A stretch of 64,000 nucleotides of DNA from an uncultured Candidatus Saccharibacteria bacterium (lineage in GTDB: Bacteria; Patescibacteriota; Saccharimonadia; Saccharimonadales; 2-12-FULL-41-12), in the NCBI GenBank assembly GCA_964615775.1, contig CAZTQB010000005.1, positions 1,950-65,949 of the forward strand. Direction: 5' to 3'. Both the position numbers and the translations under genes were made by a program. Numbering within the stretch: position 1 is the first letter of the stretch; every line of letters begins with the position of its first letter. Shown piece after piece: positions 36,929-47,226 of this stretch. The notes below the pieces were generated by a model. The model searched no databases. It saw nothing but the letters and a program-made list of their open reading frames with translations, and was not told where the DNA came from.

Positions 36929-38845
36929 TTGGCAAAAAAATCTAAAAAGAATCCACAATCAATATTTATAAAAGACTACTCTAGACCAGTAACTGTCTAT
37001 GCAATAATCATATCTATATTTTTTGTGATTTTAATTTTTGGCATGAAGGCTTATATTGCCAATGAGAGCTTAGACGAAGTTCCGTCGAACGCAGACTATA
37101 AAAATTCAAACATAGTTGTAAGCCAGCGAGTTGATGATTTGATGTCAAGAATGACCCAAAAAGAAAAAGTTGGCCAAATGGCACTTGTAGATAAAAATAG
37201 CTTGATTAAACCAGAAGATATTAAACGATATAATCTTGGAGCATTACTCAGCGGAGCCGGTGCTAAGCCGGATAATAATACTGCTAAAGGCTGGGCAGAT
37301 ATGATCACTGGCTATCAGGACGAAGCAAAGAAAACTCGGTTGCAAATCCCGCTTTTTTACGGGATTGATGCTAATCATGGACACACTAATATACCTGGAG
37401 CAGCTGTATTTCCGCACGCAATTGGCTTGGGTGCGGCTAATGATACCGATTTAACCGCGAGAGTTGCTGCAGCAACTAGTCAGGAATTGGCGGCGACAGG
37501 TGTAAATTGGAGTTACTCTCCATCGCTTGATGCTCCAAAAGATATTAGATGGGGTCGAGTTTACGAAGCTTTTTCAGATGATCCGGAATTAATAAAGACC
37601 CAAGGTGTAGCATTTATCAAAGGTACTCAAGCTAAAAACCAAAATAATTTAGAAGTTATGGCGACTGCTAAGCATTATCTGGCGACTGGCGATCAAGTTT
37701 GGGGTGAGTCGGATAATAAAAATTTCAAGATCGATCAAGGTAGGGTTAAGCCTGATGAACAGAGATTAGAAAATGAGTATTTGCCTCCATTTAAGTCTGC
37801 AATTGATGCCGGTGTGCCAAGTGTGATGGTGGCACTGCATAAATGGGATGACCAGACAATTGTAACTAATAAATATTTGGTAAATGACAAACTAAAGAAT
37901 GAACTAGGCTTCAAGGGTTTTGTTGTTAGTGATTGGTATGGAGTGTATGAACGGGCTGGAGACTACTACTCTGCGACAGTTAAAGCAATTAATTCTGGGC
38001 TGGATATGGCAATGTTGCCATTTGATTATAAGAGCTTTGAGAAAGATATGCTAAAAGCACTAAAAAACGGTGATATAAAACAGGAACGAGTCGATGATTC
38101 GGTTAGAAGAATTTTAACTGCTAAATTTGAAGCTGGTTTATTTGACCAAAAGTCAGTTGATTATAATAGTTTTAGTCAGGTTGGAAGTAATTCGCACAGA
38201 GAAATTGCTCGTGAAGCAGTTGCCAAATCGGCTGTATTACTAAAAAATGATAATGTTTTACCACTTTCTGCGAATCAAAAAATTTTGCTGAGTGGTAGCG
38301 GGGCTAACAATGTTGGGCGGCAATCTGGTGCTTGGACTGTAGAGTGGCAAGGAATAGACGGCAACTGGCTACCTGGCTCAACCTCTATTAAACAGGCATT
38401 TGACAAGAATGATAACAATATAACTTTTTCTGAGAAAGGTAATTTTACGGGTGGAGTTTATGGCGATATTGGAGTTGTTGTAGTTAGCGAGAAACCTTAT
38501 GCCGAAGGCTGGGGAGACAATCCAAAACCAGAGATATCCACCGAAGACATGAAAGCAATTAAACTAACAAGAGAAAGGGTCAATAAATTAGTAATTGTAA
38601 TAGTATCTGGAAGACCGCTGATTTTAGATCAAGCCGAGTTAGCTAAATGGGACGGTTTGGTGGCTGTCTGGCTACCTGGTTCTGAAGGAGACGGTGTGGC
38701 AGATGTTTTATTTGGAAAGAAAGAATTCAAAGGTAAATTACCTATAACCTGGCCGGCAAACACACTTCAGCTACCCATTCAAGCAAATGGCCAAACGGCC
38801 GATTTCACTCCACCGCTTTTTCCTCGCTACTATTCGATAAAATAA
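36929..38845 (+). CDS. Glycoside hydrolase family 3 (beta-glucosidase/beta-hexosaminidase-like), membrane anchored
   Basis: TTG start. N-terminal TM. 'GIDANHGH', 'KHYLATGD' and nucleophile context 'KGFVVSDWYG'. Two-domain GH3 length. Confidence 0.88.
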   Translation: MAKKSKKNPQSIFIKDYSRPVTVYAIIISIFFVILIFGMKAYIANESLDEVPSNADYKNSNIVVSQRVDDLMSRMTQKEKVGQMALVDKNSLIKPEDIKRYNLGALLSGAGAKPDNNTAKGWADMITGYQDEAKKTRLQIPLFYGIDANHGHTNIPGAAVFPHAIGLGAANDTDLTARVAAATSQELAATGVNWSYSPSLDAPKDIRWGRVYEAFSDDPELIKTQGVAFIKGTQAKNQNNLEVMATAKHYLATGDQVWGESDNKNFKIDQGRVKPDEQRLENEYLPPFKSAIDAGVPSVMVALHKWDDQTIVTNKYLVNDKLKNELGFKGFVVSDWYGVYERAGDYYSATVKAINSGLDMAMLPFDYKSFEKDMLKALKNGDIKQERVDDSVRRILTAKFEAGLFDQKSVDYNSFSQVGSNSHREIAREAVAKSAVLLKNDNVLPLSANQKILLSGSGANNVGRQSGAWTVEWQGIDGNWLPGSTSIKQAFDKNDNNITFSEKGNFTGGVYGDIGVVVVSEKPYAEGWGDNPKPEISTEDMKAIKLTRERVNKLVIVIVSGRPLILDQAELAKWDGLVAVWLPGSEGDGVADVLFGKKEFKGKLPITWPANTLQLPIQANGQTADFTPPLFPRYYSIK

Positions 38846-38889
38846 TTTTCAATAATTTAAAAACAGGTATAGAATACTTTATATTGTTT

Positions 38890-40768
<1,879 letters not shown>

Positions 40769-40868
40769 CTACTACAAGTGTTATTATCTGTAAAATTGAG
40801 TAGCTCAAAAAATATTCAAATGTGGAGTAGTGGTGATTTTAGTTTTGATTTTTAGTTTTTTATATTAG

Positions 40869-41441
40869 CTATAAATCTGAGTGTGGTATAGGAAGATAGT
40901 TTTCTGTTCTTACTTCTCGGCCGTAGTACTGATTGGTCACTTTAACTACATCTGAACAAAGTTGGTATCTTTCGTCGACAGTAAATAAAAGTTGACTAGG
41001 TCCTTGATTTGAGGCGTTATTCATAAAAACGCTAAGACAGATAGCGTCACCGCTGTTGGTTGATTCATGTCTTGAACTGACCACTGACAGGACTTGCCAG
41101 ACACTATTTTCGGTTTTCTGAGCAATAAACCAACCAGATGGATCACTTTGTGAAACATAGTGGTCTTTAATGATGATAAGAGTTTGGGTGAGAAAAGAAT
41201 TTTCTGGGTTTGATTCGACTGCCGCAATTGGTACACCGTAGTGTCTGATACCTCTATCTTCGACATTCATAATTATACTTGATGGCTCTTCATCAAGACC
41301 AGCTGGTTGTCCGCCGTCAGGGTCTTGTCTCATGATAAGTTTGCCAAATAACTTTAAGAAATCTTCATTAGCTGGAGGCTCTAATTCAGGTTGTGTTTCT
41401 GAGTTTTTGTGTGTGTTTTCGATTGTCTCTGGGTTTAACAT
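40869..41441 (-). CDS. Hypothetical cytoplasmic protein
   Basis: 190-aa ORF, acidic N-terminus, no recognisable motif. Confidence 0.45.
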   Translation of the reverse strand: MLNPETIENTHKNSETQPELEPPANEDFLKLFGKLIMRQDPDGGQPAGLDEEPSSIIMNVEDRGIRHYGVPIAAVESNPENSFLTQTLIIIKDHYVSQSDPSGWFIAQKTENSVWQVLSVVSSRHESTNSGDAICLSVFMNNASNQGPSQLLFTVDERYQLCSDVVKVTNQYYGREVRTENYLPIPHSDL

Positions 41442-41519
41442 TTTATTACTTTAGGTAGCTATAACCATATAGATACTCCTCAAAAGCTTAACTGTCAATA
41501 ACCTTAAGATCTTTTGAGC

Positions 41520-42086
41520 TTATTTTTGAACAGCCTCTACCACTATTCGACCATCAGCCGAACCGTTAAGAGTACAAGAATAGAGAGTCAATTTTGCTTG
41601 GTCCGAGTGTTCTTCTATCTGTACGTCGGTTGGCTTTACGCTGTAAGTTTTGGTGATGGTGTAGTTATAGCGCTTTTTATTCCAATCAACAATTATCTGG
41701 TCATTTACGTTTAATTTGTCTAGATTATATAAAACTGAATCCTCTACTACTTTATCTGGTTTTAAGGCGAAAACGTAACGGTGTCCGGCTAAAACAAAAT
41801 TACCACCTTTTTCAGGGTCACCATTTTCTGGTAATCTATGCCAAATTGCACCGTCTTTTAAGGTTGCCACCCCACCTGGATTTATTAGAGCATTTATAGA
41901 TATTTTAGGAATTATCAGAGTGTTAACTTCACTGACAGCTAGAGCATGTTGTTCAACAAACTTTTGTTGAGAAGTCGATGATTGGTTAATCGGCCGTGAT
42001 CCAGCTGCCACTAAAGTCAAATAGGCGATATAAATACCGCCTATTATTAAACAAAGAGCCATTATTGATCTAAGTTTTGACTTCAT
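41520..42086 (-). CDS. Sortase family transpeptidase
   Basis: TM anchor (IMALCLIIGGIYIAYLTLVAA), 'NFVLAGHRYV' (His), 'LTLYSCT' (Cys), 'GRIVVEA' (Arg). Lies immediately downstream of an LAxTG substrate. Confidence 0.8.
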   Translation of the reverse strand: MKSKLRSIMALCLIIGGIYIAYLTLVAAGSRPINQSSTSQQKFVEQHALAVSEVNTLIIPKISINALINPGGVATLKDGAIWHRLPENGDPEKGGNFVLAGHRYVFALKPDKVVEDSVLYNLDKLNVNDQIIVDWNKKRYNYTITKTYSVKPTDVQIEEHSDQAKLTLYSCTLNGSADGRIVVEAVQK

Positions 42087-42092
42087 TTATGT

Positions 42093-42509
42093 TTAGTTAT
42101 TTTTTGGAAGAGCAGCTACTCCTGCGGCAACAAACAATACTGCGATTGCCACAAAAATGTATGAATTAACACCTGTGTTGGCAAGCCTTGCTGTAGTAGA
42201 TGGCGTTACGACGCTGGCAGTTGTTGTAATCGGATTCTCTACAGTAGTTGCAACAGCCAATTTTGGAGCCCAGTCTACTTGTGGGATTATATCTCTTGCA
42301 AATTGACCGTAGATAACTGAAGTGGTACGTAGGTTATGTGTAACATTTGCCATAACTGTATCATATAGACTTAAATCACTGTCTTGCTGTACGCCTACTC
42401 TGTCAGTGAAACTGTATTCTTCAGAGTACTCAGGATCATCAACTCCAGCTAGACGAGTACCTTTTGGCGAAAAAGTAGCCAAGTATGTATCAGAATTGCT
42501 AGTTGGCAA
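42093..42509 (-). CDS. C-terminal part of split surface protein carrying LAxTG cell-wall sorting signal
   Basis: Ends 'TTARLANTG-VNSYIFVAIAVLFVAAGVAAL-PKNN' (LAxTG, hydrophobic helix, short tail). No signal peptide of its own, and only a TTG start. Same frame as the upstream ORF, separated by one TAG. 'FSPKGTRLAG' continues the upstream '[FY]SP[DK]GT' repeat. Confidence 0.6.
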   Translation of the reverse strand: MPTSNSDTYLATFSPKGTRLAGVDDPEYSEEYSFTDRVGVQQDSDLSLYDTVMANVTHNLRTTSVIYGQFARDIIPQVDWAPKLAVATTVENPITTTASVVTPSTTARLANTGVNSYIFVAIAVLFVAAGVAALPKNN

Positions 42510-42542
42510 AAGTACATCGACGCTGCATTTTGCTGCTGTTAG

Positions 42543-43457
42543 CTAGCAGGTGTTTGCTAGATTAACATACGAGTAACTACTTGGATATTCTTCATTATTT
42601 CCGAATGAGTAAACCAAAACTTTTGATACGTCTGGAGCAACATTAATAAATACTTCATCGTAATCTGGTGTATCAGTAATCTGAATACGGTCAGTGTAAG
42701 TCTTGCCAGCTTCGATCATAAAAAGATCAGAATTATAGCTTGGAAATTCACCGTCACCAACAGCATGAGTCATAGAGAAGTATATATTGCCATTTGCACC
42801 ATAGCCGGCGTTTAGGTATCCGTCGTTTGTTGGATTGATAACATTTGTTACGGTTCCATCAACTCCAACTCGTTCAATTCTGGTTGCTTCACCACCCCCT
42901 TCACTGTGAGATCTTGTATAGCGAGTTGCAATTGCATTTGTGCCATCTGGTGAGTAAGACATATCTAATACAATGTTGGTTGATAGGTTATCTTCTGCTC
43001 CAACTGTTGCAACTGGTGTTATATCACTTACTTTTGCACCATTAACGTCTATTTTGACTGAATTATATGTAACGGTTTGAGATTGATTGCAGGATTTATC
43101 AAGCTTCTCAAATTCTTCTTCATTAACGCAACTTAGTGCTGTCTCTGCGTACATTACAGTGTTTGTTTGGTTGCTAGGAGATGTTCCAACTGGTGCTGAA
43201 ACAGTTGCCGATGTTATTGCTGACACCTCTGGTGTGCCTGTTGCAATAACCTGCGAACTGCCAGTTTCTGGGTTGGTAGTAACTACTGCTGTATTAGAGC
43301 TTTCACTATCAGGTTCACTTTGTAGCTCAGTGCTAACCAAAACTCCGTCTTCACCGGGTAATGCAGCTTTCGCAGATGACGGTGTAAATATTACACCAAC
43401 ACCTAGTGTCAAAGCCGACAAAATTAAAAATTTATATAGATTTTGCTTCATAAGCAC
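42543..43457 (-). CDS. Secreted beta-propeller-like protein (N-terminal part of split sortase substrate)
   Basis: Signal peptide 'MLMKQNLYKFLILSALTLGVGVIFTPSSAKA', Ser/Thr-rich linker and TolB-like 'YSPDGTNAIA' repeats. Terminates at TAG 42545-42543 right after 'VNLANTC'. Confidence 0.65.
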   Translation of the reverse strand: MLMKQNLYKFLILSALTLGVGVIFTPSSAKAALPGEDGVLVSTELQSEPDSESSNTAVVTTNPETGSSQVIATGTPEVSAITSATVSAPVGTSPSNQTNTVMYAETALSCVNEEEFEKLDKSCNQSQTVTYNSVKIDVNGAKVSDITPVATVGAEDNLSTNIVLDMSYSPDGTNAIATRYTRSHSEGGGEATRIERVGVDGTVTNVINPTNDGYLNAGYGANGNIYFSMTHAVGDGEFPSYNSDLFMIEAGKTYTDRIQITDTPDYDEVFINVAPDVSKVLVYSFGNNEEYPSSYSYVNLANTC

Positions 43458-43540
43458 CTCCGTTAAATGTATATAAACGAATTGTAGTACTTATTTTGTA
43501 TTATGTCTAATATAATTTATAAGTATATTTCTTATGCTTA

Positions 43541-43963
43541 TTAATTAGATTGTTCATCATGTATATTAATCATCCAGTTTACTCCAAACTGATCAGCTAC
43601 CATGCCAAATTCATCACCCCACATTTGTTTTTCAAGTGGCATCACGACGGTTCCGTTTTGACAAAAATTACTGAATATTTTGCGTAATTCTTCTGTTGAG
43701 TCACCGCTCAAGCTGATACTAAAACCGGATAATCCACCTTCATAACCCATCGAATTTGGTGTGTCGGCCCCCATTATTGCCTCGCCGCTGTCAAGAGTTA
43801 GCATGCCATGCATAATTTTGTCTTTCTCGGTTTCATCTTCGGTAGCATTAAACTCACCAAATGTGTGCATTTCTAATTTTCCGCCTAAAATGCTTTGATA
43901 ATATTCAAAGGCTTGTTTCGCATTATTTTTAAAGTGTATGTATGGGTTAAGTTGTGTTGTCAT
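43541..43963 (-). CDS. VOC-superfamily protein (PhnB / 3-demethylubiquinone-9 3-methyltransferase-domain-like)
   Basis: 140 aa. 'AFEYYQSILGG', 'IMHGMLTL' and 'WGDEFGMVADQFGVNWMIN' follow the PhnB-like glyoxalase-fold pattern. Confidence 0.72.
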   Translation of the reverse strand: MTTQLNPYIHFKNNAKQAFEYYQSILGGKLEMHTFGEFNATEDETEKDKIMHGMLTLDSGEAIMGADTPNSMGYEGGLSGFSISLSGDSTEELRKIFSNFCQNGTVVMPLEKQMWGDEFGMVADQFGVNWMINIHDEQSN

Positions 43964-43978
43964 ATCTTCTCCTCAGTC

Positions 43979-44896
43979 TTAATATTCATCAATGATAATC
44001 TTCTTTTGGTTCATCATAATTTTGTAAGCTCCCGGCTTTTTCATCAATGCTTGGTCCATATTTCTTGGGACAATTTGCCAAGACACACCGAACTTATCTT
44101 TACACCAACCACACTGTTCAGACTCGGGTACGGCAGATAATTTGTCCCAAAAATAATCAATCTCTGCTTGATCTTTGCAGCCAACAGAGTATGAGACTGC
44201 CTCTGTAAAAGTAAAGTCTTGATCGACTCCAGAATCGTTAGCAACAAACCACTGGTTTTCTAGCGTAAAGTCAGCAAACATCAAACTTTCAGTAGTAGCA
44301 GGACCGGATGGTTTTTCGTAGGCGTAGTCTAAACCTTTTTTAGAGCTTCTAAATACACTAGTATAGTAATCAATTGCCTCTTTGGCTTTATTCTGTGCAG
44401 GTCCACCAAACATTAATGCAGGAATAATATATGGACGATCATCGCCATCTGGGCTAGTTAAAATTAGTTGCCACGAAAATCCATATTTATCCTGGACCCA
44501 TCCATAATATTTGCTAAAGTCGTATTCTTGGAGTGGCATTAAGGCTTTTCCTCCCTCGCTAAGTTTTTGCCAAATTTCATCTAGATGCTCACGTGCTTTG
44601 TCGTCTTTTTTAGGGTCAAAATTGATCATAAATGAATTAGCCGGAGTTGGCTTAAACTCTGGACCGGCATTTATACCGACAAAGTTATATCCTGCCAAGC
44701 AAAATTCTATAGTTAAGGGTTTGCCAGCCATAGCTTGCTGAAAGTCGGCTAGACCTTCCTCTTTTGACTTTGGGTAATTAATGCCTCCAGTTATCTTGCT
44801 GTCGGGAAAGATATTTACGTAAAATTCACTTGCCTCATTAACGGTTCCTGCGAACCATAAATTTGGTGTAATTTTCTGATTTTGGTTATCTGTCAC
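43979..44896 (-). CDS. Tandem PhnB-like VOC-superfamily protein
   Basis: Two repeats of the same fold, each ending in a 'KYGFSWQL' or 'KFGVSWQIV' type motif. Confidence 0.72.
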   Translation of the reverse strand: MTDNQNQKITPNLWFAGTVNEASEFYVNIFPDSKITGGINYPKSKEEGLADFQQAMAGKPLTIEFCLAGYNFVGINAGPEFKPTPANSFMINFDPKKDDKAREHLDEIWQKLSEGGKALMPLQEYDFSKYYGWVQDKYGFSWQLILTSPDGDDRPYIIPALMFGGPAQNKAKEAIDYYTSVFRSSKKGLDYAYEKPSGPATTESLMFADFTLENQWFVANDSGVDQDFTFTEAVSYSVGCKDQAEIDYFWDKLSAVPESEQCGWCKDKFGVSWQIVPRNMDQALMKKPGAYKIMMNQKKIIIDEY

Positions 44897-44972
44897 AAAA
44901 GTCTCCTTTTTTATAGCTATATTTACAGTTTATCTTATTTGTTTTTTAAAAATTTGTATGTGAGCTAGGCAA

Positions 44973-45899
44973 CTATTTTCGGTTCCAAAAAATTTCACCG
45001 TTACAACCATGAGGGGTTACTTCGACGTAACCTTTTTGGCAAGTTGTCAGGTATTTTACAGTGTCAGTACTATTTTCAGAAGCCAATTCTTCGACTTTTT
45101 CCATGAATTGGCTGACTTTGCTATCTTTAAACTCTTTAACTTCATTTTCGCTGTAAACAATTTGCGGGGGTATACGAATAATTATTGAGTAGCCATCGCC
45201 TTCATAATTAGGCAAAAAATAATTAAAATCGGTGGACTTTAACACTTCTTTTATTGCTGAACCAAATAGATTCATTGAACGACTAACTACTGGATATCCT
45301 TCATCTTTTACTATTTTGGTTGAGTTAATGATGTCAGAATTTATTACAAAGGCATTCGCCACATATGGTAATTTTAATAGTAATCCTTGGCAAAGTGGTT
45401 CGTCATCTGTTAATTTGTCAAGTTGTTCAGATATGGTTTCTGTCTGGGTAGCTAGTGCTTGCATAGTAGATTGAATCTGGTTCTTATCTTGCTCGGTGTT
45501 AGGTTTAACGCAGTCTTGATCAAAGGCTAATTGAATACAAAAGTTACTTATTCTATTTATATATGTAAGGTGCTGTGGATTGATTCTGCTACTATAAAAA
45601 CCATCTTCATAGCACTGGTCGCTCATAAAATTGCCGACAGCCGTACCTGGTAGGTATATTGCTCGTCCTGCAATTTTTTGCTTAGTAAAAGCAGCCCTAT
45701 TACCAGCTTTTTCTGATATAACACAGCCAATTGTGGCAATAAGGTGGTTATAGGGGTCATTGGTATCAAGAGCCATAGCAGCACTACTAATAAGTCCAGG
45801 TAGTTCATCTAGCCGACCAGTTAAGTCAACTAAAACTTTTTCGCAGGTTTGAGCCAGCGGTCTGAATTTTCTTGGCAGTTCACTCATATCTCTGTTCAC
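44973..45899 (-). CDS. Hypothetical protein with C-terminal nucleotidyl-cyclase-like palm segment
   Basis: 'AFVINSDIINSTKIV' and 'YEGDGYSIIIRIP' resemble the two metal-Asp strands of class III cyclase domains (F.D..G.T; GD....F..P). The protein ends before the usual N..R motif. Confidence 0.4.
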   Translation of the reverse strand: MNRDMSELPRKFRPLAQTCEKVLVDLTGRLDELPGLISSAAMALDTNDPYNHLIATIGCVISEKAGNRAAFTKQKIAGRAIYLPGTAVGNFMSDQCYEDGFYSSRINPQHLTYINRISNFCIQLAFDQDCVKPNTEQDKNQIQSTMQALATQTETISEQLDKLTDDEPLCQGLLLKLPYVANAFVINSDIINSTKIVKDEGYPVVSRSMNLFGSAIKEVLKSTDFNYFLPNYEGDGYSIIIRIPPQIVYSENEVKEFKDSKVSQFMEKVEELASENSTDTVKYLTTCQKGYVEVTPHGCNGEIFWNRK

Positions 45900-45954
45900 A
45901 GAAATATATTATATAATATTCGGGTGCATAAATTAAATCTGTTAGAATGTAGTT

Positions 45955-46221
45955 ATGGTAAAAGTTAGTGAAAATAAAGGTACAGTTCACATGCTTCCGG
46001 CTGATCTAAAAAAAACGATAAATACCAGCCAAATTTCGGCAAGAGTCTGGAATGATATAACACCACTAGCTCGCAATGAGTATATATGCTGGGTAGAATC
46101 TGCTAAAAAGCCGGAGACTCGAATCAAACGAATTTTGTGGGCAACTGAGAATCTTGCCAAAAACAAACGTCGACCATGTTGCTGGGCTGGTTGTCCGCAT
46201 AGGCAGCGAAACGGAAAATAA
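45955..46221 (+). CDS. YdeI/OmpD-associated family protein
   Basis: 88 aa. 'WNDITPLARNEYICWVESAKKPETRIKRI' is typical of the YdeI/OmdA domain. Confidence 0.7.
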   Translation: MVKVSENKGTVHMLPADLKKTINTSQISARVWNDITPLARNEYICWVESAKKPETRIKRILWATENLAKNKRRPCCWAGCPHRQRNGK

Positions 46222-46269
46222 ACTATCGGTTAAACCACAGCCTAGCTTAAGAAAACGATTTGGAGTTAC

Positions 46270-46620
46270 TTAAACTATAGTTTGCAATCGAAACTCTACC
46301 ATCTGCTTGATTAGTTTTTTTGGCAAAGGTTTGTTGTGCAAAAACTGAACAGCACCCTTTGACGTTTTAAAATTAGCCAGTTCTTGCCCAAAATGTTTTA
46401 TAACTGAAGGTGTAGGATAAAAACCGATGTGATTTTTATATCCAGCGTAGTGAACCAAGTTTTTACCGTTCAGCTTAAAGGTAGGTATGCCATAGTTAAT
46501 CACCTCTTCAGCACTAGGTATTAAATCTTTGATAATCTTACGGACTGTACCTAATCTAATTAAAACTTCATCATCAAACTGTTTTAAATATTTATCGACT
46601 TCGTTTGGCTTCATAATCAT
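46270..46620 (-). CDS. DUF1801 (YdhG-like) domain protein
   Basis: 116 aa. 'EVINYGIPTFKLNGKNLVHYAGYKNHIGFYP' is the DUF1801 core. Confidence 0.7.
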   Translation of the reverse strand: MIMKPNEVDKYLKQFDDEVLIRLGTVRKIIKDLIPSAEEVINYGIPTFKLNGKNLVHYAGYKNHIGFYPTPSVIKHFGQELANFKTSKGAVQFLHNKPLPKKLIKQMVEFRLQTIV

Positions 46621-47035
46621 TTGTTTCAGTGTAGGCTCGAATCAACATTTTCTTAAAAACTGCCAGATCAATATCTTTCAAAGATTTGAAATATATGCAG
46701 CCTTTACCGCGAGTGAACTTACCAAAGTGTTTTAGCTCGTTTTCAAACTGATCGGCATCACAGCTTAGGTATAAACTATAAGCAGTTTTACGCGGACTAA
46801 AGCCAATTTTCATCCAGTCACCTTCTCGGCCGGAGGCGTATTTGTATCGATATGTACCGAAACCGATAATACTCGTTCCCCACATAATTGGTGCCTCACC
46901 CGATATTTCTTTCATTAGTTCAATTATTTCCAAGGATTCTACTTGCTTGACGTCATCAAGTGTTTTTAAGTACGATGTGACTTTTTCATTTGTGGGGACA
47001 GTTTTGTTGGTTGTCATGGTGTGATTATATATCAA
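46592..47035 (-). CDS. DUF1801 domain protein
   Basis: 147 aa. 'MWGTSIIGFGTYRYKYASGREGDWMKIGFSPRK' is the DUF1801 core. Its 3' end overlaps the next paralog. Confidence 0.7.
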   Translation of the reverse strand: MIYNHTMTTNKTVPTNEKVTSYLKTLDDVKQVESLEIIELMKEISGEAPIMWGTSIIGFGTYRYKYASGREGDWMKIGFSPRKTAYSLYLSCDADQFENELKHFGKFTRGKGCIYFKSLKDIDLAVFKKMLIRAYTETNDYEAKRSR

Positions 47036-47226
47036 TTTTGCCTAGCTATCTGCATGCCTGCCCTATGTATGGCTATAGTCTATTTTTTACGGCATCATAA
47101 AATCTAATCGCATCAACTTGAGTTGTCGTTCCATGGTTAATCAATGGACCATTATAAAAAATGTAATAATTTCCACTTTTCAGTATATACTTTCGTTAGT
47201 TAGGAAAAAGTAATATTATATATAGT

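Noticed and set aside
42543-42545. Possibility that TAG is reassigned to a sense codon in this organism
   Set aside because: TAG terminates several well-formed genes here at their expected ends. Examples are the DUF3048 protein at 470, the sortase at 6139, the membrane protein ending at 26635, and the MFS transporter ending at 49925 directly before the next ATG. Genome-wide recoding is therefore unlikely.
47036-47226. Looked for a molybdenum-cofactor riboswitch upstream of the Mo-enzyme gene
   Set aside because: The intergenic region is AT-rich and lacks the GC-rich paired elements expected of the Moco RNA motif. I cannot support any structured RNA here by eye.
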